A stretch of 64,000 bases of DNA from Paraspadella gotoi (lineage: Eukaryota; Animalia; Chaetognatha): positions 9,484,782 to 9,548,781 of the forward strand of contig CM119269.1 of the NCBI GenBank assembly GCA_051294375.1, read 5' to 3'. Position 1 is the first letter of the stretch. Each line of letters opens with the position of its first letter. This document shows positions 45,463 to 59,092 of this stretch, in pieces. Under the pieces are notes generated by a model that was not told where the DNA came from, made no database searches, and was given only the letters and a program-made list of their open reading frames with translations. A program made the translations under genes and the position numbers.

Positions 45463-46687
45463 GCGCCATTCCTCTTGCAGAACCTGAGAGCCTATCGGCG
45501 CTCTCACGGCGCTAGACGGGGGCTTGAGCGGATTAGCGGCAATATTCCATTTACGACGATGACGACGACGACACGATATATACGACCGACGTGAAACCTT
45601 GAAAAATATAAGACCTCGACGATCAAAAATCTTTTGCATAGTCAAGGCCAAATCCCATTTTCATAAGCATCTTAATTATTATAATCATCATCATCATTCA
45701 TCATCATTAATATTCATTCGTCTACATCATTCATCATCATCATCATCATCAATCATTCATCATCATCCATCTAGCTACTAGACACCAGAGCTACGATCAC
45801 TCCTCTTCATCAATGCTATATATCTCCATCGCTATATTTCACGTCCCGCCATTGTGTTTTCTGGCTGGACATGGCAGATCTCTTCGACAACAGTCAGTAT
45901 CAGGACCCGCGGCTAACTCCTCTTTCCACCAGAAGCGCTAAATCACTAACCACTCGCGCTAATCCGCCCCACAGCACCTCTTCTACATACGCCATCCACC
46001 CTCTATAACAACTACTCTACTGTCCACCTCATAACATATCCAGCACCCCAAGTTCATCATCAATATTTAGCCTGCCCAACACCAGGCGAATTTATCTACC
46101 GCCCATTCGTTACACCCTGCACTATTCCTCTCCCACGCTGGTACCATCCAGTACACCTCAAGAAACGCCTATCCCTACCTTCCTCCATTCACCCACATAA
46201 CACGACTCAAGTATCTTATATGATTTATATCTTTCTTAGCCATCAGCTTACAAAATATAGTATTCCCCAAGCGGAGTGTCCTTTTCATACAATTGAACTA
46301 CATTCTTGGAGTAAATAAACGAGACTGTGAAAGAGAAAGTCCTTCATGAGTTGACAAGCTTGCAGAGCTACCTCCTCGCTAGGTGGTCACAATTATTGCT
46401 TAGCTCACCGCAACCTACCGCCATAATATCACCATCCTGATTGCATATTTCAGCGACGTAATGTCCCTCATCCACCCCAATCCTACTTTTACACAACCCA
46501 CCACCTAATCCGCATGATATTAAATCATAGGATCGTACGACTGTCACCGACGTGATAACAGGACCATCTGCTCTGATTATATTGCAATGTTCGTTGGTTC
46601 GAGAATTCTAAACCCGGAATGGATTCTTATGGAACCGAACCAAGAAATGAGAGGGGAGAAATGGCGCGGGGCGATTTCACATCTGTT

Positions 46688-46771
<84 letters not shown>

Positions 46772-47328
46772 GTCTCTCTTCTCTTTCTCTCTCTCTCTCT
46801 CCTCCNNNNNNNNNNNNNNNNNNNNNNNNNTTTTTTTATAAACTTTTAACTTACGATAAACATTAGAAAGGGTAAAATGTTAATCAGCAAAAGTTAAGAA
46901 ATGTCAATTTCAACAGTCTTCATTTTTTAAAAGAAAACAAATAATAACTTTTTACAAAGTTTCCGAAAAATTAAATTTAACATAGAGCAAATATTTAAAA
47001 AAGGGCGACAGGAAATAAAAAAAGTAACAGAAAAGGCTTCATGTTTACAAANNNNNNNNNNNNNNNNNNNNNNNNNGAGATACTTGGGTTGTGGGTGAAT
47101 GAGAAGCGTTGGCTGGAGACTGGAGAGGGGATGGAATGTTGAGTGTTGGCGGTGGGTGCTGAGGGAATGGAGTTGTTAGGGGGATGTAAAGGAGAGGGTG
47201 GGATGTAGAAGGGGTGGCATTAGACTGGAATTAAAAGCGCGCGGGCGATCTCAAATCTTCCATCGAGCAAAACACGAATGGCGGGGAGCGTGAATAAGCG
47301 ATGGGATAAAAAGGATGACGGTGATGAT

Positions 47329-47362
<34 letters not shown>

Positions 47363-49323
47363 TGATGATAACGATGATATTTGATGAAATGATGATGATG
47401 ATGATTATAATAATTAAGATGCTTATGATGATCTGCTTGAACTATGACAAATGATTTTGATTCGTGTCGAGGTCTTACTATTTTTCAAGGTTTTCGTCGT
47501 CGTATATATCAGTTGTTCGTCGTCGTCATCGTCGTAATGGGAATATTTGCCGCTATCGCTAAGCCCCGTCTAGCGCGCGTGAGAGCGCCGATAGGCTCTC
47601 GTTCTGCAAGAAGGAATGGCGCCGGAGAGAGAGAGAGAGAGAGAGAGACGAGAGAGTAGAGAGAGAGTGAGAGAGAGATGAGAGTGGCGCCAAGAAACGA
47701 GGCTGAATTATTGTGAGACGCTAGAAGTTGAAAATATTTGAATGACCCTTAAATTCGTGGTTTGCCAAAGGCTGTGTCCAAAAGCAAAACGACAATTTGA
47801 GAGAAGTAAATCAAAATATTTGGGTAAAAAGTGAATGGGATTAAAACTGCGGACACAAAGCTTTGAATGTCACCGTGCACTGATACTTAAAATATAGCAA
47901 GTTTGTGGGTCGGAAAGGTCCCAAAGCGTTGGGATCGAGAGGCTCAATACCCCCACTGTGTAATAGCCGATTCTCAACCGGCCCATAGGTTTCGCCTGCC
48001 ATCAGGCCGGCCCCACCGCCCCCCTCTCCCTGCAGACCAAGTTCGCCGTTAAATGTCGGGCAGCCCGATTTTTTGGGTCCAAAGCGGATTGGAAGATAAT
48101 ACGATTGTAGAGAAAGGACACGCGATGAGGAAGACGACGAACCGATCAGACGACGCGAATACAATGAGGCGAGATTTCGAAGCGCGAAGAGAGAAGAGAT
48201 TTCGATGGAAATGACGTTTGATTGATGATGAATGATGATGATGAATGATGATGATGATGATGATGAATGATGAGATGATGATGATATTGATTGACAACCG
48301 ACGACGACGACGACGAAGACGATGATGTGAATGCAATGATGATGATGACATGATGATGATGATGATTAGGATTTATTCATATTGTGAAGACGGAGTATAA
48401 TGAAAAAATAGATGATAAAAAAGATTATGAGGAAATTTTTTCGCCTTTTTCCTATTCTCTCGGAATCCGCGAGTTGTCTCTCTCTCCTTTCTCCTCTGCG
48501 CCTCTTCCGCGCCCTCATCCCCTCTCTCCATCTCTCCCCTCATCGATCTCCTCGCTCACTCCCTCCTCTCTCGTCTCTCTTCTCTGCCTCTCCTTGCAGT
48601 CTCTCTCTCTCTCCTCTTTTTTTCCTTCCTCTCCTCTCTCTCTATCTCTCTCTCTATCTTCTCTCTCTCTCTCTCTCCTCCTCTCCTCACTATTCTCTCC
48701 TCTCTTTCTCTCTCTCTCTCCTCTCTCTCTCGCTTCTCTCTCTCTCTCTCTCTCTCCTCTCTCTATCCTCGCCTCTCCTTCTTCTCTCTTCTCTTTTCAA
48801 TTTAGTCTTCGCTGACAAGCAGGGTCTTCCTCGGATCGTGTCTTTCCATCTAACTCCGTTGCCATGGACGAGGGACGCACCCGGTTGCCATAGCAACCGG
48901 AAAGTAAAGTCTCGTTGCTAAGGACATTTCTACGCCACCCGTAAATTCATGGAAACCGGAAGTTGTGAATCTGGGAGATTTCAATTTTGAAGGCAATAGA
49001 GATAACAGATCCGGAAACTGCGCAATTGTCTCTCTCTCTATTCTGCGCTCTTCAATTTTCACAGTCGCTATGCGAGCTTAAAGTTGCAAACTTAAAATGT
49101 CTTCTGCAACTCTTTTTTCTTTTTCTTTCTTTTCTTTCTTGCTTTCTTTTTTCTTTCTTTCTTTCTTTCTTTCTTCTTTGCTGCTTTCTTTCTTTCTTTT
49201 CTTTCTTTCCACACAACAACAATCTCAAGTTCAAGAAAGAATAATTCTCGTTTTTTCAAGTTCATATGACGCTTTGTGTCCAGATTATTTTTTCAGAAAA
49301 ATTTTTTCCGAGTTTTTATTCTA

Positions 49324-49330
<7 letters not shown>
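43860..49330. repeat. Inverted duplication of about 2.3 kb (43860-~46200 vs ~47090-49330) with noisy copies
   Basis: AATAATCTGGACACAAGCGTCATATGAACTTGAAAAAACG (~43907) is mirrored at ~49250-49290; CTCGTTTCTTGCGCCACTC (~45393) is mirrored at ~47680-47701. Confidence 0.9.
48858..48965. promoter_or_regulatory. RFX X-box cluster with ETS-type motif
   Basis: GTTGCCATAGCAAC at 48884-48897 inside the near-palindrome CCGGTTGCCATAGCAACCGG; half sites GTTGCCATGG (48858) and GTTGCTAAGG (~48914); ACCGGAAGT (~48955). A noisier mirror copy lies at 44215-44325. Confidence 0.5.
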
Positions 49331-49392
<62 letters not shown>

Positions 49393-49398
<6 letters not shown>

Positions 49399-51531
49399 TT
49401 CATTTCAATCCTTTCTGACGTGCTTCTCGTTTTATTTTCCTCCAAATTGCAGAGAAAATTGCATGTAACTTCCCCGAGGTTACCTCCGCGTGGTAAAGTG
49501 TGGAAAACTTTTGTTGGGTTAGTGTGGCAGCATGGTGGTGGGAAGTGTGCGGCCTCACTGCCGTGGGGAATTGGGATGAGGAGTAACAAAAAAAAGGGAT
49601 GAGGTGAAATAGATTTGCGGCATAGAAAAGAGAATAGGATGAGAGGTCGGATTCGGGAGAGGCGATAAGATGATACAGTGAATGTCCGTCAACGGTATGA
49701 GGCGTAAAAGATGTGGAGGGGGATAGGGATAAGAAAGAGACGTAATAGATAAGAATGGGATTTGGGGGAAAAATAGGTTAGCAGAGTAACAGATGGGGAA
49801 GGGATAAGGAATAGGAAAGAGCGTAATAGTTGAGAAAGACGATTGGTGTTAGGAAGCGTAACAGAGAGACGGGTACAGAGATGTAACTATGAGGGAAGGG
49901 CATAGGGAGAGAAAGTGACGTAATAGATTGCAGAATGTGGTTGGGTTAGGAATAGCGGTAGAGAGGTAACAGATGGGGCAGGATAGGGAGAGGAACAGAG
50001 ACGTATAGTGAGAAAGGAAGATTTGGGGTTAGGAGGTAACATGGAGAGCGTAACAGAGAAGGTAATGATGGGAAGCGATAGAGACTAGGAAAAGAGACGT
50101 AATTAGTATGAGAATTTGGTTGGGAAAGGAAATAGGCGATGAGAGGTTAACAGATGCGGGAAGTCGGATAGGGATAGTAAGCAGACAGAATATATGAGAA
50201 ATAGTGGTTTGGGTTAGGAATAGGGTAGCAGAGCCTAACAGATGGGGGAAAGGCATTAGGTGAGCAGGAAAGAGAATTAATAGAATGAGAATGTGTTTGG
50301 GTTAGGAATAGGGTTTAGAGAGGTAACCAGATGGAAAAGGATAGGCAGAGGAAAGAGACTTAATAGATGAGAATGTGGTTGTTAGGAATATGGGTAGAGA
50401 GCGTAACAGATGGGGATGGAGACGTTGCGTCGGTTTTTGCCTCCGGAAAAATTCGACGCGAGAAGAATCTTGAATGTGGAAGAGAGAGAAGGAAAGGGAC
50501 GGGAGGGCAGGAGATTGGAGGAAGAGGAAGAGAAGGGAAAGGGAGGGAGGGAGCGAAGATGGAGAAGAGGAAAGAGAGGAAAAGGAAGGCGAGCGCGAAA
50601 AAGGAGATTGAGGAAGGAGGCGCAGATGGACTAAACAGTATTGCATGAATGCATGAATGCGATGCAATCAAATTGCAGAGCATGCGTCTTGACGCTAAAG
50701 AGAACGAAGTCTGAAGAAGTCTGACATATTTAGTCACTTTGTCAAATGGTTTATACATCATAAGTGATTTTTGCTTACTTTTTTTCGGACCCGTATATCT
50801 TTTTCTATCAAAATCATTGACTAAATTAAATATGACGCTTGCCAATAAAAGGTTATGCAAAAAAGTTTCTCTGAAAAACTGAATTTATTTTTTTCTTATT
50901 GATAACAAAAACAGTATTAACAAAATCAACTACAAATTCAATACAACGCTCTAAATAAAAACTAAAACTAACATCAAAGATAGACCAGGACAAAAAAGAC
51001 ACTTTACTTCATTTAATGCTGTATTGTAAATGTAAATGGTTAAATGTAAGCGTGGCTTAGTGAGGGAATTTTGCCAGCTGATGAAAGAAAAATAGAGTTA
51101 TGTGAAAACTTGACGATGTTTAAGCTACACTTACACTCACTACTCTCACAATTCTCTCTCTCTCTCTCTCCTCTCTCTCTCCTCTATATTATATCTTTTT
51201 TTATTGTACAATATAGTATTCCCCGATCTAATAACTAGCGGAGTGGTCTTTTCATACAATTGAAACATTCTTGGAGTAAATAAACGAGACTGTGAGAGAG
51301 TCTTGATTGAAAGCTTGCAGAGTCCTGCTATGTGTCACTATTCTTACCACCCCCGCAATAATATCACCATCCCTGCTCTAATCCTACCACCATCTTACTT
51401 TTACCACCACCCACCACCTAATCCTTATAGAACCAACTCATGTTTTCCGTGGGTTCGAGAATTCTAAACCCGGAATGGATTTTTGGAACCGAACCAAGAA
51501 ATGAGAGGGGAGAAAATGGGCCGGGGCGATT

Positions 51532-51571
<40 letters not shown>

Positions 51572-52144
51572 CTCGCTCTCTCTCTCCTCGCTCTCTCTGG
51601 CTCTCGCTGTTTCTCTTGAGAGGATTTTCTCGTTTTCATGGGCGCTATGGTGCAAACAGAAGGAGAGATGGAGAGATGGACCGATGGATGATGGAGGGAT
51701 GGGAAAAGATGGAGAGATGGAAAGATAAAGAGATGGAGGAATTAAAATTGGTTGACTATTGAAAAAAGAAAATCTTAGACACTGAACAAAGAAAACAACG
51801 AAGGAAGAAACAAAAGATCAAAAGAACGAACGATATATAGAACGAACGAACGAACGAACGAACAAGCCATAAGCGAGCGAATGGGCCAACAAATAGCCAA
51901 ACACATCCCACGAAAACTGGGGTGGCTTTGAAACGACAAGAAAAGACGACGACGACGAAGACGACTATAGCGACGAAAACAACGTCGATGATAACGACGA
52001 CAACCGCAACGATGACGACGACGAAAACGACAACAACGACGACAACGAATCAAATCAAAACCATGAATATATATTGATTCTCCTTCACGTTTCCTCCTTT
52101 TTTCCTTCTTGCGTTTCCTCACCTTAGAGAATGGAGCTAAAAGA

Positions 52145-52201
<57 letters not shown>

Positions 52202-53653
52202 CATTTTTCATTTCAATCCTTTCTGACGTGTTCTCGTTTTATTTCCTCCAAATTTGCAGAGAAAATTGCATGTTAACTTCCCCGAGGTTTCCTCCGCGTG
52301 GTAAGTGTGGGAAAATTTTGTGGTTAGTGTGGGCAGATGGTGTGGGAAGTGTGGGCCTCACTGCGTTGGGGAATTGGGATGAGGAGTAACAAAAAAGGGA
52401 TGAGGTGAATAGATGCGGATAGAGAAGAGAATAGGATGAGAGGTCGGGATTCGGAGAGGGATAGAGATGGATACGTGAATGGGTCAACGGATGAGGGTAA
52501 AAGATGTGGAGGGGGATAGGGATAAGAAAGAGACGTAATAGATAAGAATGGGATTGGGGGAAAAATAGGGTAGAGAGGTAACAGATGGGGAAGGGATAAG
52601 AATAGGAAAGAGACGTAATAGTTGAGAAAGAGATTGGGGTTAGGAGGTAACAGAGAGGTAACAGAGAGGTAACTGATGGGGAAGAGATGGGAATAGGAAA
52701 GAGACGTAATAGGCATTGAGAATGTTTGGGCGAAAAGGAACTAGAGTAGAGCATTTTAAACAGGTATGGCAGAAGGTGTGGTATTAGTAAAGAGACATGA
52801 AATGATAGGAAGTTGGTTTGGGTTAGGAATAGGGTAGGAGACGGTAAAACAGATGGGGAAGGGAAGAAGGAAAGAGACGTAATAGATGAGAATGTGGTTG
52901 GGTTAGGAATAGGGTAGAGAGGTAACAGATGGGGATGGAGACGTGCGTCGGTTTTTGCCTCCGGAAAATTCGACGCGAGAAGAATCTTGAATGTGGAAGA
53001 GGAAGAGAAGGGAAAGGGAGGGAGGGAGGGAGATGGAGGAAGAGGAAGAGAAGGGAAAGGGAGGGAGGGAGGAAGATGGAGGAAGAGGAAGAGAGGGAAA
53101 AGGAAGGGAGGGAAAAAAGGAGATTGAAGGAAGGAGGCAGATGGACTAAACAGTATTGCATGAATGCATGAATGCGATGCAATCAAATTGCAGGATGTCG
53201 TCTTTGACGTAAAGAGAACGAAGTCTGAAGAGTCTGACTATTTGTCACTTTGTCAAAATGGTTTATCATCATTTAGTGATTTTTTTGTTACTTTTTTTCG
53301 ACCGTATATCTTTTTCTATCAAAATATTGACTAAATTAAATATGACGCTTTGCAATAAAAGGTTATGCGATAAAATATGTTCTCTTGAAAACTGATTTTA
53401 TTTTTTTCTTATTGATAACAAAAACAGTATTAACAAAATCAACTACAAATTCAATAACAACGCTCTAAATAAAACTAAACTAACATCAAAGATAGACAAG
53501 GACAAAAGACACTTTTACTCATTTAATGCTGTATTGTAAAATGTAATGTTAAATGTAGGTGGGTAGTTGAGAATTTTGCCAGCTGATGAAAGAAAAATAG
53601 AGTTATGTGAAACTTGGGACGATTTTAAAGCTACACTACACTCACTACTCTCA

Positions 53654-53690
<37 letters not shown>
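49393..53690. repeat. Direct duplication (49393-~51170 vs 52201-~53690) containing a ~75-bp purine-rich minisatellite
   Basis: Both copies start CCATTTTTCATTTCAATCCTTTCTGACGTG and end near GCTACAC..CACTCACTACTCTCAC; the internal unit GAGACGTAATAGATGAGAATGTGGTTGGGTTAGGAATAGGGTAGAGAGGTAACAGATGGGG differs in copy number. Confidence 0.9.
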
Positions 53691-53695
<5 letters not shown>

Positions 53696-54561
53696 CTTGT
53701 GTTGGGAGAATTCAGATTTTATTTCATACCTAATTCCTTTTCATTGTTTTTCTCATTTTTCAAATCGGAAAATTATCCATCTCCTTCTCCTCCTCCTCTT
53801 TCTCCTCCTATTTCTCCTCCTTTTCCTCCTCCTCTTCCTTCTCTTCTTCCTCCTTCTCTTCCTCATCCTCTTTCTCCTCTTCCTCCTCTTTCTCCTCAAC
53901 CACAAACTGAACCAGGTTATAACCAGATGCTAATTTTTTTTTAAACTTATTTTCATTTTGCATTCTACGCTTATCAATATAATACAGTATCCATTTATTT
54001 CCTAGGTTTTTTTTATTTGATCATCATTTGTTTTCAGTTACACTTTAATTAAAAGCATATTCGTTTATATTTTCATTTTTTATTTTAAGCATTTACCTTT
54101 TTTCTTTAATTCTTTTTATTTTTCTAATTTCTTTTTTCTCTTTTCTTTTTTTTTTTTTAATATTTTTTGTTTTCTCCTGACAAAACGCTCCCCCATCGAT
54201 TTCGTCCCACGCCTCATCTTTCATTTTCCTTAATATCTTCCTCTCCTTCTTCTCCTTCTCTCCTTTTATTTTCTTCCTCTCCTTCTTCTCCTTCTCGACA
54301 TTCCTTAGATTTTTGACTCTCCTTCCCCTCCCCCTCTCCTTCCCCATCTCCCTCATCCCCTACTATTTTTTTTGTTCCTCACCAACAGAAATTCTTGTGC
54401 TCAAGAAAAATAAAAAGCCGAAGAAAGAAAAAATAAAAAAAAAGAAAGAAAAGAAAGAGAGAAATACCCATTCTCCTTATCGCTCTCCTCGGCTCTTCCT
54501 CCTCCTCCTCCTCCTCCTCCTCCCTTTCCTTCCTTCTTATCTCGCGTCAAATTCTATGCAG

Positions 54562-54703
54562 CCGTGAAGCCCTCAGCGCATACAAAGAACCCTGCCCCGT
54601 GAACGGCCGCAGTCTCCGCAGCCGACGCAAATCAGCCGCGGCAGGAGCAAACACGCAGCGGCGAAAGCAGCCAGCCGCGGCAGGACCGACGATCATAATG
54701 ACG
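54562..54703 (+). CDS. Probable internal coding exon of an unidentified gene, truncated by the gap
   Basis: Pyrimidine tract plus ATGCAG|, then a GC-rich open frame REALSAYKEPCPVNGRSLRSRRKSAAAGANTQRRKQPAAAGPTIIMT running into Ns. Confidence 0.35.
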
Positions 54704-56641
54704 NNNNNNNNNNNNNNNNNNNNNNNNNNNNNNNNNNNNNNNNNNNNNNNNNNNNNNNNNNNNNNNNNNNNNNNNNNNNNNNNNNNNNNNNNNNNNNNNN
54801 NNNNNNNNNNNNNNNNNNNNNNNNNNNNNNNNNNNNNNNNNNNNNNNNNNNNNNNNNNNNNNNNNNNNNNNNNNNNNNNNNNNNNNNNNNNNNNNNNNNN
54901 NNNNNNNNNNNNNNNNNNNNNNNNNNNNNNNNNNNNNNNNNNNNNNNNNNNNNNNNNNNNNNNNNNNNNNNNNNNNNNNNNNNNNNNNNNNNNNNNNNNN
55001 NNNNNNNNNNNNNNNNNNNNNNNNNNNNNNNNNNNNNNNNNNNNNNNNNNNNNNNNNNNNNNNNNNNNNNNNNNNNNNNNNNNNNNNNNNNNNNNNNNNN
55101 NNNNNNNNNNNNNNNNNNNNNNNNNNNNNNNNNNNNNNNNNNNNNNNNNNNNNNNNNNNNNNNNNNNNNNNNNNNNNNNNNNNNNNNNNNNNNNNNNNNN
55201 NNNNNNNNNNNNNNNNNNNNNNNNNNNNNNNNNNNNNNNNNNNNNNNNNNNNNNNNNNNNNNNNNNNNNNNNNNNNNNNNNNNNNNNNNNNNNNNNNNNN
55301 NNNNNNNNNNNNNNNNNNNNNNNNNNNNNNNNNNNNNNNNNNNNNNNNNNNNNNNNNNNNNNNNNNNNNNNNNNNNNNNNNNNNNNNNNNNNNNNNNNNN
55401 NNNNNNNNNNNNNNNNNNNNNNNNNNNNNNNNNNNNNNNNNNNNNNNNNNNNNNNNNNNNNNNNNNNNNNNNNNNNNNNNNNNNNNNNNNNNNNNNNNNN
55501 NNNNNNNNNNNNNNNNNGGTTACATTTCAAAATTTACATTTCCTTTTATTTTTTTTTTCAAAATTTCATGAATTTTATCAATTTTTGAGAGATTTTAAAC
55601 ATTTTTTTTAAAAAAAGGAAGTTGCTTTTTTTTGTGAAAAAACATTTTTTTCTGCCATCCATAACTTTGTTTTTTCTGCCCCCACCTCGCTCGATGCCCC
55701 ACGATGCCCCACGATGCCCCAAAATGCCCCACGATGCCCCACGATGCCGCAGGATGTCGGTGGTTGGTGAGAGTTGGTTCACCAATCACGGCCGCCAACT
55801 CCTCTTTCACTCCTTTCACACTCAACTCTCCCCTTTCACAATCTCGATCCTCACAAACGCATCTGTCGAGATTTTGTGAGACTTCGAAACTTCCACCGCC
55901 TTCTTTAAGATTAGATCTTCACGAATTTTCTTTTTTTTTAAACCAAAAACAGAATAAAAATCAACAAAAGAACTAAAGTTGTACACATTCAAAATGACAA
56001 TGAAACATTCTGCTTTAATGTACGTGATTCTCTCTCTTCTTTAACCTTTCTAATCCTTTTAGCCCTTTTTCTCCTTTCTCCCCTATCTCCCCTGCTTTAC
56101 CCATTCCCTTACCCTCCCTTACCCCCTCTCCCCCTTCTCCTCCCTCTCTCCCTCCTCTCTTTCCCCTTCGGCCTTCGCCTCCTCTTGACTCAAATCTGCT
56201 CATTGAGTTTTACTCTGATTGATGATTCTCCTTCATCTCGCTTCTATTGCCATTCTACCCTAATATTCTGCCATTCTGCCATTCCGCCCATTCGACCATT
56301 CTACTATTCTAACCTGCTCTTGTACCATTCTGTCATTCTACTGTTCTGACCTAGCCCTTCTATCTTTCCTCCCTTCTCTAATCTAACCTTTCTTTGCCAA
56401 CATATCTTCTCAGCTGACTTTTTTTACTCACTTTTCTCAATTTTTCTGGCTTTCCTTTGCTCGCCTATCTATTTTCTCCTGTCTTTCTCGACTCTTTTTT
56501 TTTTGGACTAATCGTGTCCTACGTATTATTTGCCCTCCTCTCTGTGCACTCCCCTTTTATTTCACCTACCCATCTTTGCCCTCCACTCTCGAATTCCTCC
56601 TATCTTTGCTTTTATATCCGCCTACGCGCTCCTCTTTCATT

Positions 56642-56734
<93 letters not shown>

Positions 56735-57054
56735 CTACACCCCTATATCCCCTTCTTCCCAATCCCCCTCTACGCCGCTACGTCACGCGCGATCGCCAAA
56801 CGCCACACTGCGTGACATGCTACGCTGCACGAGAAGCGAGGCCATGCGACACGCCGCGCTAATCGAACGGCGCCGTAATTTTTTAATTAGTGTCGATCGG
56901 AATTTCCTCTTCCTCCTCCTCTTCTTCTTCCTCTTGTTCTTCCTCTTCTTCCTCTTTATTCTTTGCCTCCATCGTTTCTATGTTTAATTAAAATTAATCG
57001 TTTGTTCTTAATATATTTTTTGTTAATTAACGTGGAACTGGAAGCATCAATATC

Positions 57055-57136
<82 letters not shown>

Positions 57137-58211
57137 CAACAACAACAACAACAACAACTTTTATCTTGTCGTGTCTGGCTGCTGAATTTGATTAACGAAA
57201 ATTGTATTTGTTTTTAGATTCAATTAGGTTTATCTAGACAAATTGGCATGATCGGCATGGTCGGAACATGGAGACGAACATGGTGGGCGAGTCCGGCTGG
57301 CTCGGTCTGTAAGTAGTTTAGATCGAATAGTTAAGGTACACATAGATTAAATTGAGAGACTGACTTGGCTATCAAAACTATTCAACTTATTCAAATACTT
57401 GGTTCGGCATTGACGTTTGACGCGCAGTATCTATTGACATGAAATAGCAATAATTCTAATTAGGCGACGACATGCCCAGTCGTATTAGTCACGAACTTGT
57501 AAATTCTATTTTTGTTAAGTCATACAAATAATAATAACGTAAATGAAAAAAAAAAAACCAAATCAATTTGTATTTGTAAAATATTTTATCCTTCTACTTT
57601 AATAATGTTTGAATGGAGCTAATTTTCTTAACAATTTTTTTTTTTTAAATTTTGGTTTTTATCTTTAATTTAATCAATTTCTGTCGAAGACGATGACAAT
57701 ATTAATTAAATATTCTTAAATTAAATTAATCAAATCTTTTTAAATCATCTTAAATCTTCAACGTGAATAAAATCTTCTTCGAATTTTGATCTCGAAATAA
57801 TGACGTCAGCCATTATCCTGGATTTTGACCAAAATAATTGATCAATTCTCTTTTTCATCTTTGCTCTTTTCCTTTTTTACTCTTTCCTTCTTTCCTTCTT
57901 TCATCTATTCTTTTCTTACCATCGTTCATTCTTTCTTTCATTCTTTCTTTCATTCTTTCACTCTCTAAATTTTTTACTCTTTCCTTCTTTCATTCTTCAT
58001 TATTTCATTCTTCCATTCGTTCATTTTTTCTTTTCTTTCCATTTTTCATTATTTCTTTCATTTCTTCACTTCAGTTTTTCACTCTTTCCTTCTTTCATTC
58101 TTTTTATTTCTAATCCACTTCGGCGCAGGCGTTTTTTTCTTTTCAAACCAGAAAATCCGAACGACTCTGTCTCTGTCTGAGTCACGTTTTTCCCGCCTTC
58201 GAAAACGAAAC

Positions 58212-58287
<76 letters not shown>

Positions 58288-59092
58288 ACGAGAGGAGAGA
58301 GAGAGAGAGAAACACGTTTTTAAACAAAAAAAAAGGGAGAGGCGTCTTAAACACACTTATTAAATTTCTGATTTATGTTGTGTGTCCTTCAGGCAGAGCC
58401 TCAGCGGCCGGGCGGGATCGAGACAGCCGGGCCGGCTCGTTTAAGGCTATTGGACTAAGGGGCTTGGCCGCTGGTCCACAATGGCTAAAAACAGCCCTGC
58501 CCACATTGTCGCTGGATTAATGATTAAAATTGGTTGAAAGTCGCCTTCCAACTAATTTTTATCTTTAAACTGGCGACAATTTGAAGCGGAACAATTGTTG
58601 TACAATGGACCTGCAGAACTATGACACGTGAATCAATGACTCATGAGACAATGATATGTTTGACAATGACATGTGATACGATGACAAGTCTCGATTAAAC
58701 AGAAGGAACTACTTGTAGATTTGGTATGTGACTTTATCAGCTGAAGAATTTTAAATAAACATTTTTTATATTAGTAACTGTTAAATCAAAGTAACAGCTT
58801 GGCAACTCTTTTCAAAATTTTAATACAAAATAGGACGTTAGATTAATTCAAATTTCGTTATAAATATGTCGAACTCGAAATCTATAGTTTCTACTTTAGT
58901 ACATACGAAAAAAAAAAACGAGCCTGTACTCGGCGATATTACGCTTATTGAATGACTGACCTAAAAGCTGATACGAATAGAGATAATTATAATCAGATAC
59001 AAAATAATTCAAATACTGCTAAATTGCTAATGATCAAAATTACTTGACTGGGAAAGAAAGTTACGTCAGTTGTTTTTTTTAACAGACCTCAC

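Noticed and set aside
51076-51115. CTGATGA...GAAA motif (also at ~53583)
   Set aside because: The intervening sequence cannot form stem II and no stem III or NUH triplet follows.
54547-55588. 327-329 aa ORFs
   Set aside because: Their length is due to the 814-bp N gap.
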